Positions 27,884 to 37,818 of a stretch of DNA of 64,000 nucleotides are shown here, piece after piece (within the stretch, counting starts at the first letter, position 1; every line of letters starts with the position of its first letter). The DNA is from Candidatus Omnitrophota bacterium (GTDB lineage: Bacteria > Omnitrophota > Gorgyraeia > JAHJTE01). The position numbers and the translations under genes were made by a program. The DNA lies in assembly GCA_018830005.1 (NCBI GenBank), contig JAHJTE010000001.1, positions 385,332-449,331 on the forward strand, read 5' to 3'. The notes beneath the pieces were generated by a model. The model worked only from the letters and a program-made list of their open reading frames with translations. It had not been told where the DNA came from and ran no database searches.

Positions 27884-29146
27884 ATGGAAATCCGTAAAAT
27901 TCCTATCTCTCAAGTTAAACCCCATCCAGACAATCCACGTGTTCCTCTCACGTCCCAGCATTCAGAATATAGGCAAATCAAAAAGAGCCTGAAAAAATTT
28001 GGGCTTGTGCTGCCTCTTGTTTGTAGCTCGCGGACGAATTATATACTTGGAGGTAATCAACGATACAGCGTATTGCTTACCGAGGGCGTAAAAGAAGTTA
28101 ACGTTGTTTTTGTTGATTTAGACCCTCAACGCGAAAAAGAGCTGATGATTGCGTTAAACGGAATTTATGGACTGTGGGATTATCCTAAATTAGCCGACAT
28201 TCTTCGGGACTTTGGACAACTTCCTGATTTTGATTTTGAGTCAATTGGTTTCACTGTACCTGATTTATCAAATATTTTAGATAATCATCTACCGCTACAG
28301 GATGATACTTTTGACTTTGATGCTGCGCTCGAATCAACTAAAGAGCCGGTTACAAAAAAAGGCGATGTCATTTCATTGGGCATGCATCATCGACTAATGT
28401 GTGGTGATGCGACAAGTGAAGAAGATATGTGTATGCTTCTCGGCGATACGAGGGTTGATTTGCTGGATATCGATTGGCCATACAATGTTAATTACATGGG
28501 AGGAAACTGTCCTCGTGTTGATACCCGACCTAAAAAATCCCGCCGATGGAGCAAGATTTATTCGGATAATCTTCCTCAGTCTGAATATGAAGTTTTTATG
28601 CGCAAGGTTCTCACGAATATAAAACTAAACCTTAAACCAGGTGGAGTTTTTTACCAGTGGCAAGCCCATCGTCAGCTCGGACCACTTTATCAGATTTTGA
28701 TAGATCTCGATTTTCATGTTTCATGTCTTATCTGCTGGAAAAAACAGTCCGCACCCATTTCTTATGCGGATTATTCGTTTCAGACGGAACAGGCTGTCTA
28801 TGGTTGGCTCAAAGGAGAAAGTCATTATTTTGCGGGAAAACCTGGAGCATCAAATTTGTGGGAAATTAAACGCGACTCCACGAAACTTTACGAACACCCT
28901 TGCCAGAAACCAGTAAGTTTAGCCCAGAAAGCAATAAAAAATTCTACGCGCCTCAATGACGTAGTGTTGGATGTTTTTCTGGGATCGGGTTCGGTTTTGA
29001 TAGCTGCCGAATCTCTTAGCCGCAGGTGTTTTGCGATGGAGCTCGATCCTAAATATTGCGACGTGATAGTAAAAAGGTACATAAATTTTGTTGGTAAAAG
29101 TAAAGTTTCTTCGGAAATATTGAATAAATACTGCGAGGAGGTTTAA
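27884..29146 (+). CDS. ParB-like nuclease N-terminal domain fused to a DNA methyltransferase (phage-type)
   Basis: N-terminal ParB/Srx fold ('KPHPDNPR'). Methyltransferase motifs 'DIDWPYN' (DPPY-like) and 'VLDVFLGSGSVLIAAE' (FxGxG). 420 aa. Confidence 0.7.
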   Translation: MEIRKIPISQVKPHPDNPRVPLTSQHSEYRQIKKSLKKFGLVLPLVCSSRTNYILGGNQRYSVLLTEGVKEVNVVFVDLDPQREKELMIALNGIYGLWDYPKLADILRDFGQLPDFDFESIGFTVPDLSNILDNHLPLQDDTFDFDAALESTKEPVTKKGDVISLGMHHRLMCGDATSEEDMCMLLGDTRVDLLDIDWPYNVNYMGGNCPRVDTRPKKSRRWSKIYSDNLPQSEYEVFMRKVLTNIKLNLKPGGVFYQWQAHRQLGPLYQILIDLDFHVSCLICWKKQSAPISYADYSFQTEQAVYGWLKGESHYFAGKPGASNLWEIKRDSTKLYEHPCQKPVSLAQKAIKNSTRLNDVVLDVFLGSGSVLIAAESLSRRCFAMELDPKYCDVIVKRYINFVGKSKVSSEILNKYCEEV

Positions 29147-29147
29147 A

Positions 29148-29840
29148 ATGGAAAATAAAAATCCAAAATCCGATAGAGAAGGAATTTCGTCAATTACATT
29201 GCTTCAGAAAATAAAATCAGGTGAAATTAGCCCCAAGATGTTAAGTAAAGAAGAACGCCAGGCATGTGTAAGTGTTCTTACTCTGCAGGAAGGATTTACC
29301 ATTGCCCAGATAGCGCAACTTATGTGCTGCTGCGAAAAAACAATTCAACGCGACCTCGCGGAAATAAGAAAGAAAAACTCTCTCGGCCCAAGTCTTGAGT
29401 TAGCAAAAGAGATAATAGGAGGATTTATCGTAAAGGCACAAGTTCACACGTCTCAGCTTATGCGTTTTGCCAGGAGCGGCGAAGGTTCCCTTGGTGAAAG
29501 AGTACAGGCAGAATTTTGTGCTTGGAGAGTCCGTAGGGAACTTATGGAAAAGCTCCAGACATTGGGATACTTACCATTGGTTGCCCAACGGGTCGAGGGA
29601 GAAATCTTCCATTATTGCGAAGACATAGATGGGGAAAAGGGTCTTTTGGAACTAAAGAAATCCTTGGATACTATTGAGACGACGGCTAAAGAAACCGGAA
29701 CACTTGATACCGAGACTCAGGAAAAGATACGTCAAATCAGAGCAAAAATCGAAAAAGCAGAGTTGGAATCGGAAGTAGATAACTTAAATAAAAAACAGGA
29801 TAATAATTTAGGAGAGCAAAATGAATCCGACACTAAATAA
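29148..29840 (+). CDS. putative terminase small subunit / HTH DNA-binding protein
   Basis: 230 aa with an HTH-like region 'FTIAQIAQLMCCCEKTIQRDLAEI'. Sits immediately upstream of and overlapping the terminase large subunit. Assigned by position only. Confidence 0.4.
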   Translation: MENKNPKSDREGISSITLLQKIKSGEISPKMLSKEERQACVSVLTLQEGFTIAQIAQLMCCCEKTIQRDLAEIRKKNSLGPSLELAKEIIGGFIVKAQVHTSQLMRFARSGEGSLGERVQAEFCAWRVRRELMEKLQTLGYLPLVAQRVEGEIFHYCEDIDGEKGLLELKKSLDTIETTAKETGTLDTETQEKIRQIRAKIEKAELESEVDNLNKKQDNNLGEQNESDTK

Positions 29841-31380
29841 AGCTAGAAACGCAATTTCCGAATTAAGAAGGATACAGGCAGAAAAATCAGTATTTTCTTT
29901 TGCCAAGACCTATATGTTGCATCATTTAAGCTACCCTTTATCACTCGCGCATTTGGAGAACTTCGAGCTGTTGCTTAATGCTACCAACAAGAGAGGTGAA
30001 AAAATTGCTATTGCAGCGCCAAGATGGTTCGGTAAGTCAACTCTAGCAACTCTTATATATGTAGTTTACTGTATTTGTTTTAAAAAAGAGAGGTTCATCA
30101 TTGTTATTTCCGAGACCTCCAGCCAGGCAGATCATCTTCTCGAAAATATTAAAAAAGAATTAGCCGAAAACGAGCTCCTCATGATTGATTTTCCGGAGAT
30201 TTTTGAGCATCGCGGCAGGCCTAGACCGCCTCGTTGGACGCAGGACCAGATTGAAACCAGAAACGGGATAAAAATACTTGCCTTGGGAACGCAGCAGCGG
30301 ATAACCGGTAGAAAGTACGGCAAATACCGTCCGAGTTTAATTATTCTGGATGATATTGAAAGCGCAAATAAAATTTATTCTGCGGAAAGTGCCGAGAAGA
30401 TGAACGATTGGTTCAATAAAAGCATACTCAAAGCTGGCGATGAACATACGAATTTCTTATTTATAGGGACAGTGCATCACCCGTGCTGTTTTTTTGCAGC
30501 ATATATTAAGCCGCCTATATGGCACGTCAAGAAATATAAGGCAATAATCAGCGAACCGAAGCATCCCGAACTCTGGAGCAAGTGTTTCAATATAAAGAAT
30601 AGCCGGGACGATTTCAAAGGGAAAAGGGGGTTGGATGCGGCTCGCGATTATTATATGAGTCAAAAAGCTCTTATGGATGAAGGGGTGGAGCTTCTTTGGC
30701 CTGCCAGGTGGAAGACTTTTGACATAATGAATATGAGGGATGATGATCAGGTTAGCTTTAGCGCTGAATTTCAGAATGAGCCAATTGACATAAAAACAGC
30801 ATTACTCAGGATAGATTTAGCCGAATATTGGAATAGACATTTTAAATCGCTTGAGGAGTTTCTTCATTATGTAGCAGACAACGTTGATTTCTATCTCGCC
30901 TGCGATCCATGCACAGGACTTGACGTTACAAGGGGAGACTATAGCGCTATTATTGTGATTGCGCGCGACAGAAGAGATGGCGTTTTGTATGTAATAATAG
31001 CCGACATTGAGCGTAGAGATATGGATAAAACTATAGCAGATATATTGGCTTACGCCAGGAGGTTTAGCTTTTCTATGGTTGGTGTAGAGGCAAATGGTTT
31101 TCAAGAGCTAGGGGTAAAATTACTTGAAGAGCAGGCTAGAAAAGAAGGAATTTATTTGCCTGTGGAAAGAATCAAGAATACAGGTGACAAATATAAAAGA
31201 ATACATACCTTAGCGCCACTTCTTAAGAACAGATCTCTACATTTGAATGAGGAACACAAAATCTTATTGGAACAAATGCAATTTTTTCCTCATGCCAAAC
31301 ATGATGATGCTCCCGATGCTTTGGAAATGTGCGTAAGATTGGCGGAAGAGCCGGGGCAAGTCCAAGTGGCTATACTATAG
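29821..31380 (+). CDS. phage terminase large subunit (ATPase plus RNaseH-like nuclease)
   Basis: Terminase Walker A 'AAPRWFGKST', Walker B 'LIILDDIES', and C-terminal nuclease acidic motifs 'YLACDPCTGLD' and 'HAKHDDAPDALEM'. Confidence 0.75.
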   Translation: MNPTLNKARNAISELRRIQAEKSVFSFAKTYMLHHLSYPLSLAHLENFELLLNATNKRGEKIAIAAPRWFGKSTLATLIYVVYCICFKKERFIIVISETSSQADHLLENIKKELAENELLMIDFPEIFEHRGRPRPPRWTQDQIETRNGIKILALGTQQRITGRKYGKYRPSLIILDDIESANKIYSAESAEKMNDWFNKSILKAGDEHTNFLFIGTVHHPCCFFAAYIKPPIWHVKKYKAIISEPKHPELWSKCFNIKNSRDDFKGKRGLDAARDYYMSQKALMDEGVELLWPARWKTFDIMNMRDDDQVSFSAEFQNEPIDIKTALLRIDLAEYWNRHFKSLEEFLHYVADNVDFYLACDPCTGLDVTRGDYSAIIVIARDRRDGVLYVIIADIERRDMDKTIADILAYARRFSFSMVGVEANGFQELGVKLLEEQARKEGIYLPVERIKNTGDKYKRIHTLAPLLKNRSLHLNEEHKILLEQMQFFPHAKHDDAPDALEMCVRLAEEPGQVQVAIL

Positions 31381-31412
31381 AGGTGGAATATCTATAAACG
31401 GGGAGGAGTGTA

Positions 31413-31634
31413 TTATTTAACGAAGAAATCGATACTCTTTTTGTAAATTTTTGCGAATTCTTTCAATTGAATAATGTCTACTCTGCGTTGACCAGCCTCT
31501 ATTTTTGAAACATAAGATTGCGTCCTGCCTAGCAATTTCGCAACATCTTCCTGCCTAAGGCCTCTTTCTTTGCGAGCTTTTATCAATTTGTTTACTAGCG
31601 CCTTGTGACCTTCTGAATAAATAGTTTTGTCCAT
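31413..31634 (-). CDS. XRE-family HTH transcriptional regulator
   Basis: 73 aa. 'RGLRQEDVAKLLGRTQSYVSKIEAGQR' is the canonical Cro/C1-type HTH. Confidence 0.8.
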   Translation of the reverse strand: MDKTIYSEGHKALVNKLIKARKERGLRQEDVAKLLGRTQSYVSKIEAGQRRVDIIQLKEFAKIYKKSIDFFVK

Positions 31635-31722
31635 ATGATTTGACTTCCTTCAACAATATGGTATATTACGTATTGGAATATGCCAAAATGGAATAATAAT
31701 AGACGAGGACAATAAGGATAGA

Positions 31723-32751
31723 ATGAATAAGGAAATTAATGCTGATGTGGAGTCAGGGGCTTCGAAAAGACTCCGTTTTGACGTTAAAACCCTTGAGCGC
31801 TACGAATTCGTTAACTATATAATCGAATATTTAAAGAATAATATTGGCGTTACAATAGAATCTCCAAACTACTCTAACCATCTTGCCTTTTATAAGGGCT
31901 CTATCCACGTTAAAAACAAACAATTACCTGCTACGATAGTAGGTTATGGTGGCTCAGGCACAGACTTAAGGGATTTACCTACACCCCTGCAAACAGAGCT
32001 ATTGCCTTTGGTATTTGAGTATTGGAATAAGATATCTGCTGGTAACAACGCCGTACCGCTTCTAATATTGGGGCATTCCTTTGATGAGGTATTTTTAAGA
32101 AAAATCCGCCTGCTTAAAATAGCTGTTCCGGATATCCGTTTGATACAGTTTATTAATGTTTACCGTTTTGAGTCTCTTCAAGAGCGCTTTAGGCGCTTAA
32201 AGGAGCATTTCGAAGGTAGCCTTACTAAAACTCTGAAGATAAAGAATGAAGTAATGGATTTTCAGGCAGCAGTAATGGTGTATCTTAAAAACGGCGGGAA
32301 ATTAGGAAGTTATAGCTACGATGTTCTTGATTGCGAAGTGCCTGCAGGTGAGGGGACAAAAAAGTCTGAGGTAATCGATATTCTTGCCCTTGAACGTAAA
32401 CGCAAGTGGCTTACGGTTATAGAGCTTAAATACGAGAAATTATTAAACGCACGCCTACAAAGCGTAATCTTCCAAGGGCTTGATTACTGTAATTGGGTTG
32501 AGGATCATAAAAGGGGTTTAGCAATGCTTTTTCCGGAGCATGCCATTGACGTGCGCCGAAGAACCAGGCTTATTTTAATCAACGGCCCTGAGAAGTTTCC
32601 AGAATTCCATGAAAAATTCGCTAAAGCATGCAATCTCCAGGACCGATACCAGGAAATCGAGCTTTACTTTATAAACGATCGTGTGCCGCTTCAATTTAGC
32701 CAGTTTGCTAAGCTATCGAAACCACAAGGAAAACCACAAGGAAAACGTTGA
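31723..32751 (+). CDS. hypothetical protein with a PD-(D/E)XK-like core; C-terminal tandem KPQG repeat
   Basis: 'VIDILALER...VIELKYEK' fits D...E-x-K. The 3' end carries a duplicated 12-nt unit (ACCACAAGGAAA x2). Confidence 0.4.
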   Translation: MNKEINADVESGASKRLRFDVKTLERYEFVNYIIEYLKNNIGVTIESPNYSNHLAFYKGSIHVKNKQLPATIVGYGGSGTDLRDLPTPLQTELLPLVFEYWNKISAGNNAVPLLILGHSFDEVFLRKIRLLKIAVPDIRLIQFINVYRFESLQERFRRLKEHFEGSLTKTLKIKNEVMDFQAAVMVYLKNGGKLGSYSYDVLDCEVPAGEGTKKSEVIDILALERKRKWLTVIELKYEKLLNARLQSVIFQGLDYCNWVEDHKRGLAMLFPEHAIDVRRRTRLILINGPEKFPEFHEKFAKACNLQDRYQEIELYFINDRVPLQFSQFAKLSKPQGKPQGKR

Positions 32752-32836
32752 CAAAGATTTATAAAGGGTATATATTAATAATGGTTTTAGAAAGTAGGGT
32801 CCTGAGTTGAAGGGGGAACCTGGACATTAAAAAAGT

Positions 32837-32876
32837 AAAACCTTTGCCCGGAAAAAAGGCAAAGGTTTTTTGTTTT
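32837..32876 (+). terminator. rho-independent terminator
   Basis: AAAACCTTTGCC-cggaaaaaa-GGCAAAGGTTTT followed by TTGTTTT. Confidence 0.6.
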
Positions 32877-32898
32877 ATAGGGGTTAAGGAGAAAAGAT

Positions 32899-33426
32899 AT
32901 GAAACATCCTTTTCATAAGAAAATTGGGGATTTAATCAATAATACAGTCTTTCCAGATTGCAAAATAATAAAAGACCCTGCCTGTGGTGGCGATCAGCAT
33001 ATACCGTTATTTTGTTCAGAAAAGCGCTCAAGAGAAACAGAATATTGCAATGTCGACCTCTTGATAACCGTTGATAATAAGATTAAGGTTATTATAGAAA
33101 TTGAAGAGGCTAATATTAAGCCCACGCAGATCTGTGGTAAATTCCTTACCTCGGCCTTATCGAAATATTTCATTCATGAATCTGAAAATAACAGCCTTGT
33201 TAGAATGGCAGATTCGGTCTTGTTTATCCAGATATTAGACACATTGAAGTTGAAAATAGATAAGACAGCGAAAACAAAGCAATGGGAGCAGATCAAAAAG
33301 TCTATCCAAAATATAATTTCTTTCAAGGAAAGCAGTATTAGCCAATACGAAATATTTTATGGGAATAAAGAAAAATTCGATGAGAAAAGATTAGTAGATT
33401 GCATCTCGGGATTTTTAAAACGATAG
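32899..33426 (+). CDS. hypothetical protein
   Basis: 175 aa ORF preceded by AGGAGA. No recognisable motif. Confidence 0.4.
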   Translation: MKHPFHKKIGDLINNTVFPDCKIIKDPACGGDQHIPLFCSEKRSRETEYCNVDLLITVDNKIKVIIEIEEANIKPTQICGKFLTSALSKYFIHESENNSLVRMADSVLFIQILDTLKLKIDKTAKTKQWEQIKKSIQNIISFKESSISQYEIFYGNKEKFDEKRLVDCISGFLKR

Positions 33427-33433
33427 GAGAAAA

Positions 33434-34036
33434 ATGACTATTAGAGAGCGATATGAAGATTTAAAGAAAAAAGTAGTTAAGCGTAGAGAAGAATTTGAAA
33501 CTTTTATCAATATGCTTGAAAAGGAAACTAGTTGGCTCACCAGCCCTGCAAGCACAAGGTTTCATTTAAATAAAGAAGGCGGGCTTTTGGAGCATAGCGT
33601 GGGCGTTACTGAAACACTTCTAAAATTACGTGAAACTCTCGCTCCTCAGTTATCTGAAGAATCCTGTGTTATTGTAGGGTTATTTCACGATGTCGGTAAA
33701 ATTGGTATGCCTGGTAAGCCAAGATACTTAAAGAATGACAATGAATGGGAAGTAAAGAATAGAGATAAGACTTATAAAGTCAATCCCAAAGAAGTATATA
33801 TGAACTTGGCGGCGCGCAGCCTGTACTTAATTGCAAAATATATTCCTTTATCCGATTCAGAAGCCCAGGCTATTTTGTATCATGACGGACAGTATGTCGA
33901 AGCCAATAAAGAAGTAGCGCACCGCGAAACGCCTTTGACTCTATTGGTGCATTTTGCCGATTGTTGGACTGCTCATGTATACGAAGAAAGGTATAGTATT
34001 CAGGAGGATACAAATTACTATGACAAAAAGGACTAA
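33434..34036 (+). CDS. HD-domain phosphohydrolase
   Basis: 'GLFHDVGKIG' HD motif and a later 'HFADCWTAH'. 200 aa. Confidence 0.65.
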   Translation: MTIRERYEDLKKKVVKRREEFETFINMLEKETSWLTSPASTRFHLNKEGGLLEHSVGVTETLLKLRETLAPQLSEESCVIVGLFHDVGKIGMPGKPRYLKNDNEWEVKNRDKTYKVNPKEVYMNLAARSLYLIAKYIPLSDSEAQAILYHDGQYVEANKEVAHRETPLTLLVHFADCWTAHVYEERYSIQEDTNYYDKKD

Positions 34037-34793
34037 AATCAATATACTTTTAACTAATGATGACGGCATTTATTCTGAAGGAATTCGAGCTCTTTACGAA
34101 TCGCTTAAAACAATAGGAAGAGTTACTATTGTTGCCCCCGATGCAGAAAGAAGCGCTGTAGGGCATGCGATTACGCTTTCCGATCCTTTAAGAGTTAAAA
34201 AAGTCAACAGAGGCGGTAAGTTCTTGGGCTATGCTACCACCGGCACTCCTGCTGATTGCGTAAAGCTTGCAATTAGGGCCTTATTAAAGAAAAAACCGGA
34301 TTTGATTGTTTCGGGGATTAATCTAGGGCCAAATGTAGGCTATAGCGTGCTTTATTCGGGGACAGTTTCAGGGGCAACAGAAGGAGCGATTCTAGGGATA
34401 CCGTCCTTTGCAATTTCCCTTGCCACTTTTACTAATCCTAATTACAGTTTTGCCGCTAAATTTGCCAAAAAACTCGCTAAACAGATCATTCAGAATAAGG
34501 GTTTGCCTAAAGGCACGCTTTTAAATGTCAATATACCGGCCGTAAACCAGAAATACATTAAGGGTGTTCGAATCGTCAAGCAGAGTGAAAAGGCGATCGA
34601 AGAGCGTTTTGATAAGAGGGAAGATCCTCGTAAGCGTATCTATTATTGGCTTACAGGCGAGGTTATTAAATCAGATAAAAAAGAGGATGCTGATATCGAA
34701 ACCATCCGCAGTAACTACATTTCCATTACCCCCATTCATTGCGATATGACCAATTACGATTTCCTAAAAGAACTTAAGAACTGGAAGTTTTAG
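34020..34793 (+). CDS. surE: 5'/3'-nucleotidase SurE
   Basis: 'ILLTNDDGIYSEGIRAL...VVAPDAERSAVGHAIT' is the SurE signature. Start moved to the internal ATG at 34020 (MTKRTKINILLTNDDG). Confidence 0.85.
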   Translation: MTKRTKINILLTNDDGIYSEGIRALYESLKTIGRVTIVAPDAERSAVGHAITLSDPLRVKKVNRGGKFLGYATTGTPADCVKLAIRALLKKKPDLIVSGINLGPNVGYSVLYSGTVSGATEGAILGIPSFAISLATFTNPNYSFAAKFAKKLAKQIIQNKGLPKGTLLNVNIPAVNQKYIKGVRIVKQSEKAIEERFDKREDPRKRIYYWLTGEVIKSDKKEDADIETIRSNYISITPIHCDMTNYDFLKELKNWKF

Positions 34794-34821
34794 CTGTATA
34801 CAGAGAGTTTTTCTGCCGCGC

Positions 34822-35017
34822 TATATTTCTGGGCCTCCTCATGGGAGTCACCTCTCAAATTTACCAATAGCTGTGTACGGAGAGGTCGTCCCCTTGTGGG
34901 ATATTACTGCCCCTCCTCATGGGAGTCACCTCTCAAATTTCATAAAAGCTGCGTCTAAAGAGGTCATCCCCTTGTGAAATATTTCTGCCCGGTCCGAGAG
35001 GAAATACCTCTTACTGG
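34822..35017 (+). repeat. tandem array of ~78-bp hairpin-forming repeats (2.5 copies)
   Basis: Units 34822-34899, 34900-34978 and a partial 34979-35017. Each contains CCTCATGGGAGTCACCTCTC...GAGAGGTC...CCCCTTGTG (stem ACCTCTC/GAGAGGT). Confidence 0.7.
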
Positions 35018-35122
35018 TATCTCGGAAGAACACATTTTATCTTGATTTTTGCAACAAGAAAACTATAATAGAATGAGTTAAATACGGATAATTTTTTAAG
35101 CTTTAAGCAAGGGATCAATATT

Positions 35123-35518
35123 ATGTTAGGATATTTAATTTTATTATTTACCGTAGTTCCAATTGTAGAGCTGGCGCTTTTGATTAAGGTTGGCCAATAC
35201 CTTGGCGTTGGTTATACACTTTTAATTGTTATTATTACAGGAGTGGTTGGGGCGTATTTGGCAAAACTGCAAGGGCTTCTTACTCTGCGCAGGATACAAG
35301 AAGAGGTAAATCAGGGTAGGATGCCGGCAGATAAATTGTTTGATGGTGTTTTGATTTTATGTAGTGGAATATTACTTTTAACCCCTGGGCTTATAACTGA
35401 TCTGACTGGCTTTCTGGGGTTGATTCCATTCACGCGAAATTTGTTTAAACAATGGCTTAAACGCAAAATTAAGGATATTATTAGCCAGGGAAGGGTTATT
35501 AGGATTTATCGTAATTGA
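35123..35518 (+). CDS. fxsA: FxsA-family inner-membrane protein
   Basis: 'VPIVELALLIKVGQYLG...GVVGAYLAKLQG' is typical of FxsA. 131 aa. Confidence 0.75.
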   Translation: MLGYLILLFTVVPIVELALLIKVGQYLGVGYTLLIVIITGVVGAYLAKLQGLLTLRRIQEEVNQGRMPADKLFDGVLILCSGILLLTPGLITDLTGFLGLIPFTRNLFKQWLKRKIKDIISQGRVIRIYRN

Positions 35519-35528
35519 TCTCTTTAAT

Positions 35529-36920
35529 TTATCTTCTAGATTTGGAAGGTAAAATTTTTAATTGTTTTCGATACTTGACTATGGTACGGCGGGAGACTGA
35601 AATTCCTTCTTGTTTGAGGTCTTTGGAGATTTTTTGATCGGCTAAAGGCTTCTCTTTATTTTCGTTTTCTATCAGGTCTTTTATTTTTGATTTTATTGTC
35701 TTGGATGAGAAAAACACGCCATTCTCTTGCTTAACTCCAGAATTTAGAAAATTTCGCACCTCAAAGATGCCGTATGCCGTCTGAAGATACTTGTTAGCGA
35801 TGGCTCTGCTTACTGTGGATTTATGTTTTCCAATCCTTTTGGCAATTTGCTCTAGAGTCATGGGTTTAAAATTAGCTGCGCCCTTATCAAAAAAATCCTT
35901 CTGAGCATAAACTACGTCTTCTATCACCTTTTGAACCGTCTCCTTGCGTTTATGAACTGCATTAATTAAAACCCTAGCTGCTTTAAGCCTTTCTTTTAAA
36001 TATTCTTTGGCGTCTTGAGGGGTATCTTTTCGCTTTATCATCTGTTTATATTTATCGTTAAGGGTAATGTGAGGCAATTCCCAATCATTCATTATGACCT
36101 CATATCCATCTTTACTTTTTCTTACAACTGCATCCGGTTTAAGATAATTGGTTTTTTCGTTGTTGAAAGCACGCCCGGGTTTGGGGTCTAAGGCGGCTAT
36201 TTCTTTCATAGCCTCTTTGATTTTTTCAACCGAAATTTTGAGTTTTTTGGCAATATACTTATATCTTTTCTTCTCTAGGAAAGGTAGATACTTATCTGCG
36301 ATTTGTCCTGCTAGTGAGTTTTCTTGGCCCTTGGCTTTTATTTGTATTAAAAGACATTCTCTTAAGTTTCTTGAGCCTACGCCAATAGGGTCAAAGGTTT
36401 GTATCAAAAATAATACTTTTTCGATTCTTTTGCCAATGGTGCTCGTCAAGGAGCCGCCTTCAGCGGAAGAGGTAATTGTATTCGCAGATTCAGCTATGTC
36501 TTCTAAAGAACACCGCAGATACCCGTCAGCATCTATATTTCCTATGATTAACTCTCCGATTTTCTGATCGAGCTTAGCATCAGTGAGTAACCGAAGTTGT
36601 CTTAAGAGATGATCAGCAAGTGTGGTAGGTCTAGTTATAAGGCTTTCTAAATAATTTTTCTTTTCTTCCTCATTATCTTGAAATTTTTCTTTAGACTTGG
36701 AAAATGAATCCGCACTTTCTAAATCCAATAAAGGATTTTCTTCGGCCTGCTGTTTTACAAATTCCTGTAGTTTGACCAGAGGTAACTGCAACAGGTTTAT
36801 AGACAGCCTCATCTGAGGAGTAAGTCTCAATTTATAGGTTAATTTATTGATGGGTTTTAGTTGTAGAGGCATATCTTTCTTTTTAATTAATGATTTAGTG
36901 GTAATCTGTATTATACTCAA
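35529..36920 (-). CDS. rpoN: RNA polymerase sigma-54 factor RpoN
   Basis: N-terminal Gln/Leu-rich region ('LQLPLVKLQEFVKQQAEENPLLD'). C-terminal RpoN box 'RRTIVKYRKQLKI' and HTH. 463 aa. Confidence 0.88.
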   Translation of the reverse strand: MSIIQITTKSLIKKKDMPLQLKPINKLTYKLRLTPQMRLSINLLQLPLVKLQEFVKQQAEENPLLDLESADSFSKSKEKFQDNEEEKKNYLESLITRPTTLADHLLRQLRLLTDAKLDQKIGELIIGNIDADGYLRCSLEDIAESANTITSSAEGGSLTSTIGKRIEKVLFLIQTFDPIGVGSRNLRECLLIQIKAKGQENSLAGQIADKYLPFLEKKRYKYIAKKLKISVEKIKEAMKEIAALDPKPGRAFNNEKTNYLKPDAVVRKSKDGYEVIMNDWELPHITLNDKYKQMIKRKDTPQDAKEYLKERLKAARVLINAVHKRKETVQKVIEDVVYAQKDFFDKGAANFKPMTLEQIAKRIGKHKSTVSRAIANKYLQTAYGIFEVRNFLNSGVKQENGVFFSSKTIKSKIKDLIENENKEKPLADQKISKDLKQEGISVSRRTIVKYRKQLKILPSKSRR

Positions 36921-37166
36921 AATTCTTAATTTGGCAAGTCTCGTTAGATATTTTCTTTTTATAAACCACTTTAGAAAGGGTAATATTTTCTAACGGGATA
37001 AATTAATTAAAGAATTTTAAAAAGAATTAATTTGAAAATATGGTCAGAAGAGGTTTAACAAAATTGTGTTTAACAAAATATTGTAGTAAGTACCACGCTA
37101 AATTTTATTTGACAAAAGTGACCAGATGTGGCAAAATAATTTCTCTGTAAGATAGGGCGAAAAGCT

Positions 37167-37712
37167 ATGTTGGATATAAAAATAGGACTTAAGATAAGAA
37201 GTATAAGAAATTCCAAAAGAACTACTCTTCAGGAATTAGCTAATATAACAAAACTAACCACGAGCTTCATCTCGCAGGTTGAAAGAGGTATTGCATCACC
37301 ATCTGTGGATTCTTTAAGAAAGATTGCTCAGGCTTTAGGTGTAAGTGCTGGACAATTCTTTGAAGAGGAGCTGAAAGAATTTACCTTTATTAGAAAGAAT
37401 AAGGCGCCAAAAGTAATAGACAAAGAGACAAAATCTTCATACGAGACATTAGTCTCTGATCTTTTAGGCGTAACGATGAAGCCGCTAATTATTAGGCTAC
37501 AGAAAGGCGGCGAGCTCAAAAAACAATTACTTCTTGAAGAAGGTGATGTATTCATAATGGTGATGGGAGGAAATGTAGAGCTCGTCTTTGATAAAGAGAA
37601 GTTTGTTTTAAATAAAGGGGATAGCTTCTATTGCAAGGGTCAAAATAGACCTCAGAAAATAATAAATGCTGGCAGTAAAGAAGCGACCCTTCTATGGGTT
37701 AAGAGCAAATAG
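37167..37712 (+). CDS. XRE-family HTH plus cupin-domain transcriptional regulator
   Basis: N-terminal HTH 'TLQELANITKLTTSFISQVERG'. The C-terminal beta-rich part has a cupin-like pattern. Confidence 0.65.
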   Translation: MLDIKIGLKIRSIRNSKRTTLQELANITKLTTSFISQVERGIASPSVDSLRKIAQALGVSAGQFFEEELKEFTFIRKNKAPKVIDKETKSSYETLVSDLLGVTMKPLIIRLQKGGELKKQLLLEEGDVFIMVMGGNVELVFDKEKFVLNKGDSFYCKGQNRPQKIINAGSKEATLLWVKSK

Positions 37713-37818
37713 GTCTTTTTAACAAAAAAGGCCTATTTTTTTGACATATGTTATACATTGATGTTGAATGTCATAAGTAAGATATAATGAGATAATACCT
37801 TGCAATATAAGGAGTTAG

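Noticed and set aside
33954-34019. Upstream extension of the surE ORF overlapping the HD-domain gene
   Set aside because: SurE proteins begin at the conserved 'M(T)K..ILLTNDDG'. The ATG at 34020 gives exactly that, and the extension would overlap the preceding gene by 80 nt.
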